Assembly (NCBI GenBank): GCA_965644295.1
Contig: CBFFRP010000445.1
Location: forward strand, 141,845 to 205,844
Source: Paraphysomonas bandaiensis
Lineage: Eukaryota > Protista > Chrysophyceae
Length of the DNA stretch: 64,000 nucleotides
Direction of reading: 5' to 3'
Part shown: piece after piece, positions 62,877-64,000 of the stretch
Layout of the letters: the number at the start of each line of letters is the position of its first letter
Numbering within the stretch: position 1 is the first letter of the stretch
The notes under the pieces: generated by a model
What the model saw: the letters and a program-made list of their open reading frames with translations, nothing else
Told to the model about the DNA's origin: nothing
Database searches by the model: none
Program-made: the position numbers and the translations under genes

Positions 62877-64000
62877 ATTACTATGCACAAACCAGACTTG
62901 CGGGTTTGCTCCCAACAAAATGTACAATAAGGTGTGAGTAAACACTTATTATTACTGTTAAATCACCCAACACGGTCAACGATATCCGCTAGATAACGCC
63001 GCGCAGTATTCCCTCTAAGAATAAAGATCGCTGTTAAGACAGTGTCAAGTAACTTAAAACAATGACATGCAAGGAATAACATATAGAATGGTACGCATCT
63101 ACAGAATGAACCAAGTTCATTTTATATCACACACACCACACCGCATGCATTCTTGCATACACCGTGTATACCACACGTATTATGACAATAAAACAAAACT
63201 GAATAACAGCGTATGAAACTGAATAACTGCGCATAAAACTGAAACTACGCATAAAACTGAAATAAAACCATAGTGATAAAACTGAAAAACAGCTAACTAA
63301 AATGAGTAACGTGATACCGTATTCGCTGATAGTCTACTGCTCTTATCATACTCCCTAAACTCATATAAAACTTATTGCATCTTTACTCTCTCCATATATT
63401 CCTCTTTAAGCCACACGCTTGCCATAATAGCCACCCACTATGCCTGCTTAGCAGCATCACCATGCATAGCGTCTATAGTATGCTCTTGAATGGTCCTAAC
63501 TCCTGCTCATCTCCACATCCAGAGCACCATCATGAAAATGCAGCTCACAGAGGTATTGGGCTGTGTACATCCATAGTTCTGCACTTAACTTGAGACATTT
63601 ATGTTCAGGATGTACTAGCAACATCTGAAGATCCCTTCTTATGCTGTTCTGAGGATGATGCAGAGAGAATTGTGTGTACATCACGTTGATGCTACCTAAG
63701 TCTCTCTCCATTGCCCTTATTGCTTCTACGTCGTAAAACAACAGGTGCAGTCGGCTGGCTTCACGTGTATTGCAAGTAGTAGAGATACTGGGTAACGTGT
63801 TTTGAGTGTCGTGATATTAATAACTGCCTAGAGTAGCCGCAAGTATGCACTTCAGTGTGAATGGCTTGTTGTAATTCCGTGACTCGTGGCTAGATGTTTG
63901 CACTTCCTTCGTAAATAATTATCTTGTACTGTTTGCTGTCCTTCTTCTGTTGTTGACTCTCTTCTTGTTGTTGAATTCCCTATTTCACTACTACACTTGC
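62877..64000 (-). mobile_element. Gypsy-like copy 3 (LTR-like part; continues beyond the window)
   Basis: Appears identical to 60615-61738 (offset 2262) and directly abuts copy 2. Confidence 0.9.

Noticed and set aside
61836-62945. 369-aa ORF as a distinct gene
   Set aside because: A chimeric frame created by the copy 2/copy 3 junction; it is the truncated integrase.

Overview
Eukaryotic genomic DNA with short (about 50-90 nt) GT-AG introns and AT-rich, repeat-laden intergenic regions. The gene content suggests a stramenopile-like protist (inference). Host genes: the 3' end of an unknown gene, a SHAQKYF-class MYB factor, a small Cys-rich protein, an intronless eEF3, a 660-aa low-complexity orphan, a voltage-gated cation channel with two 6TM repeats and an EF-hand, PA2G4/EBP1, a double-PLAC8 protein head-to-head with mitoribosomal mS45 (Bot1-like), and an MDR oxidoreductase head-to-head across a (TATG)n tract with an ~850-aa winged-helix/CorA-like membrane protein. 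Mobile DNA: hAT remnants and MITEs with 8-bp TSDs, an IS630/Tc1 remnant, an LTR with a tRNA-Ala-type PBS and a gag-like ORF, and three apparently identical 5'-truncated Ty3/gypsy chromovirus-like segments whose RT motif reads FDN. The strongest hunt result is a dispersed ~0.5-kb SINE-like family (about ten insertions; 10-13-bp TSDs; (AAT)/(ACT) tails; 5' truncations; a twin-priming-type inversion). Its exact 5' end folds by eye into an HDV-like ribozyme, and it shares its 3' end with an internally deleted LINE-like element. All folds, alignments and family assignments were made by eye and need computational and experimental confirmation.
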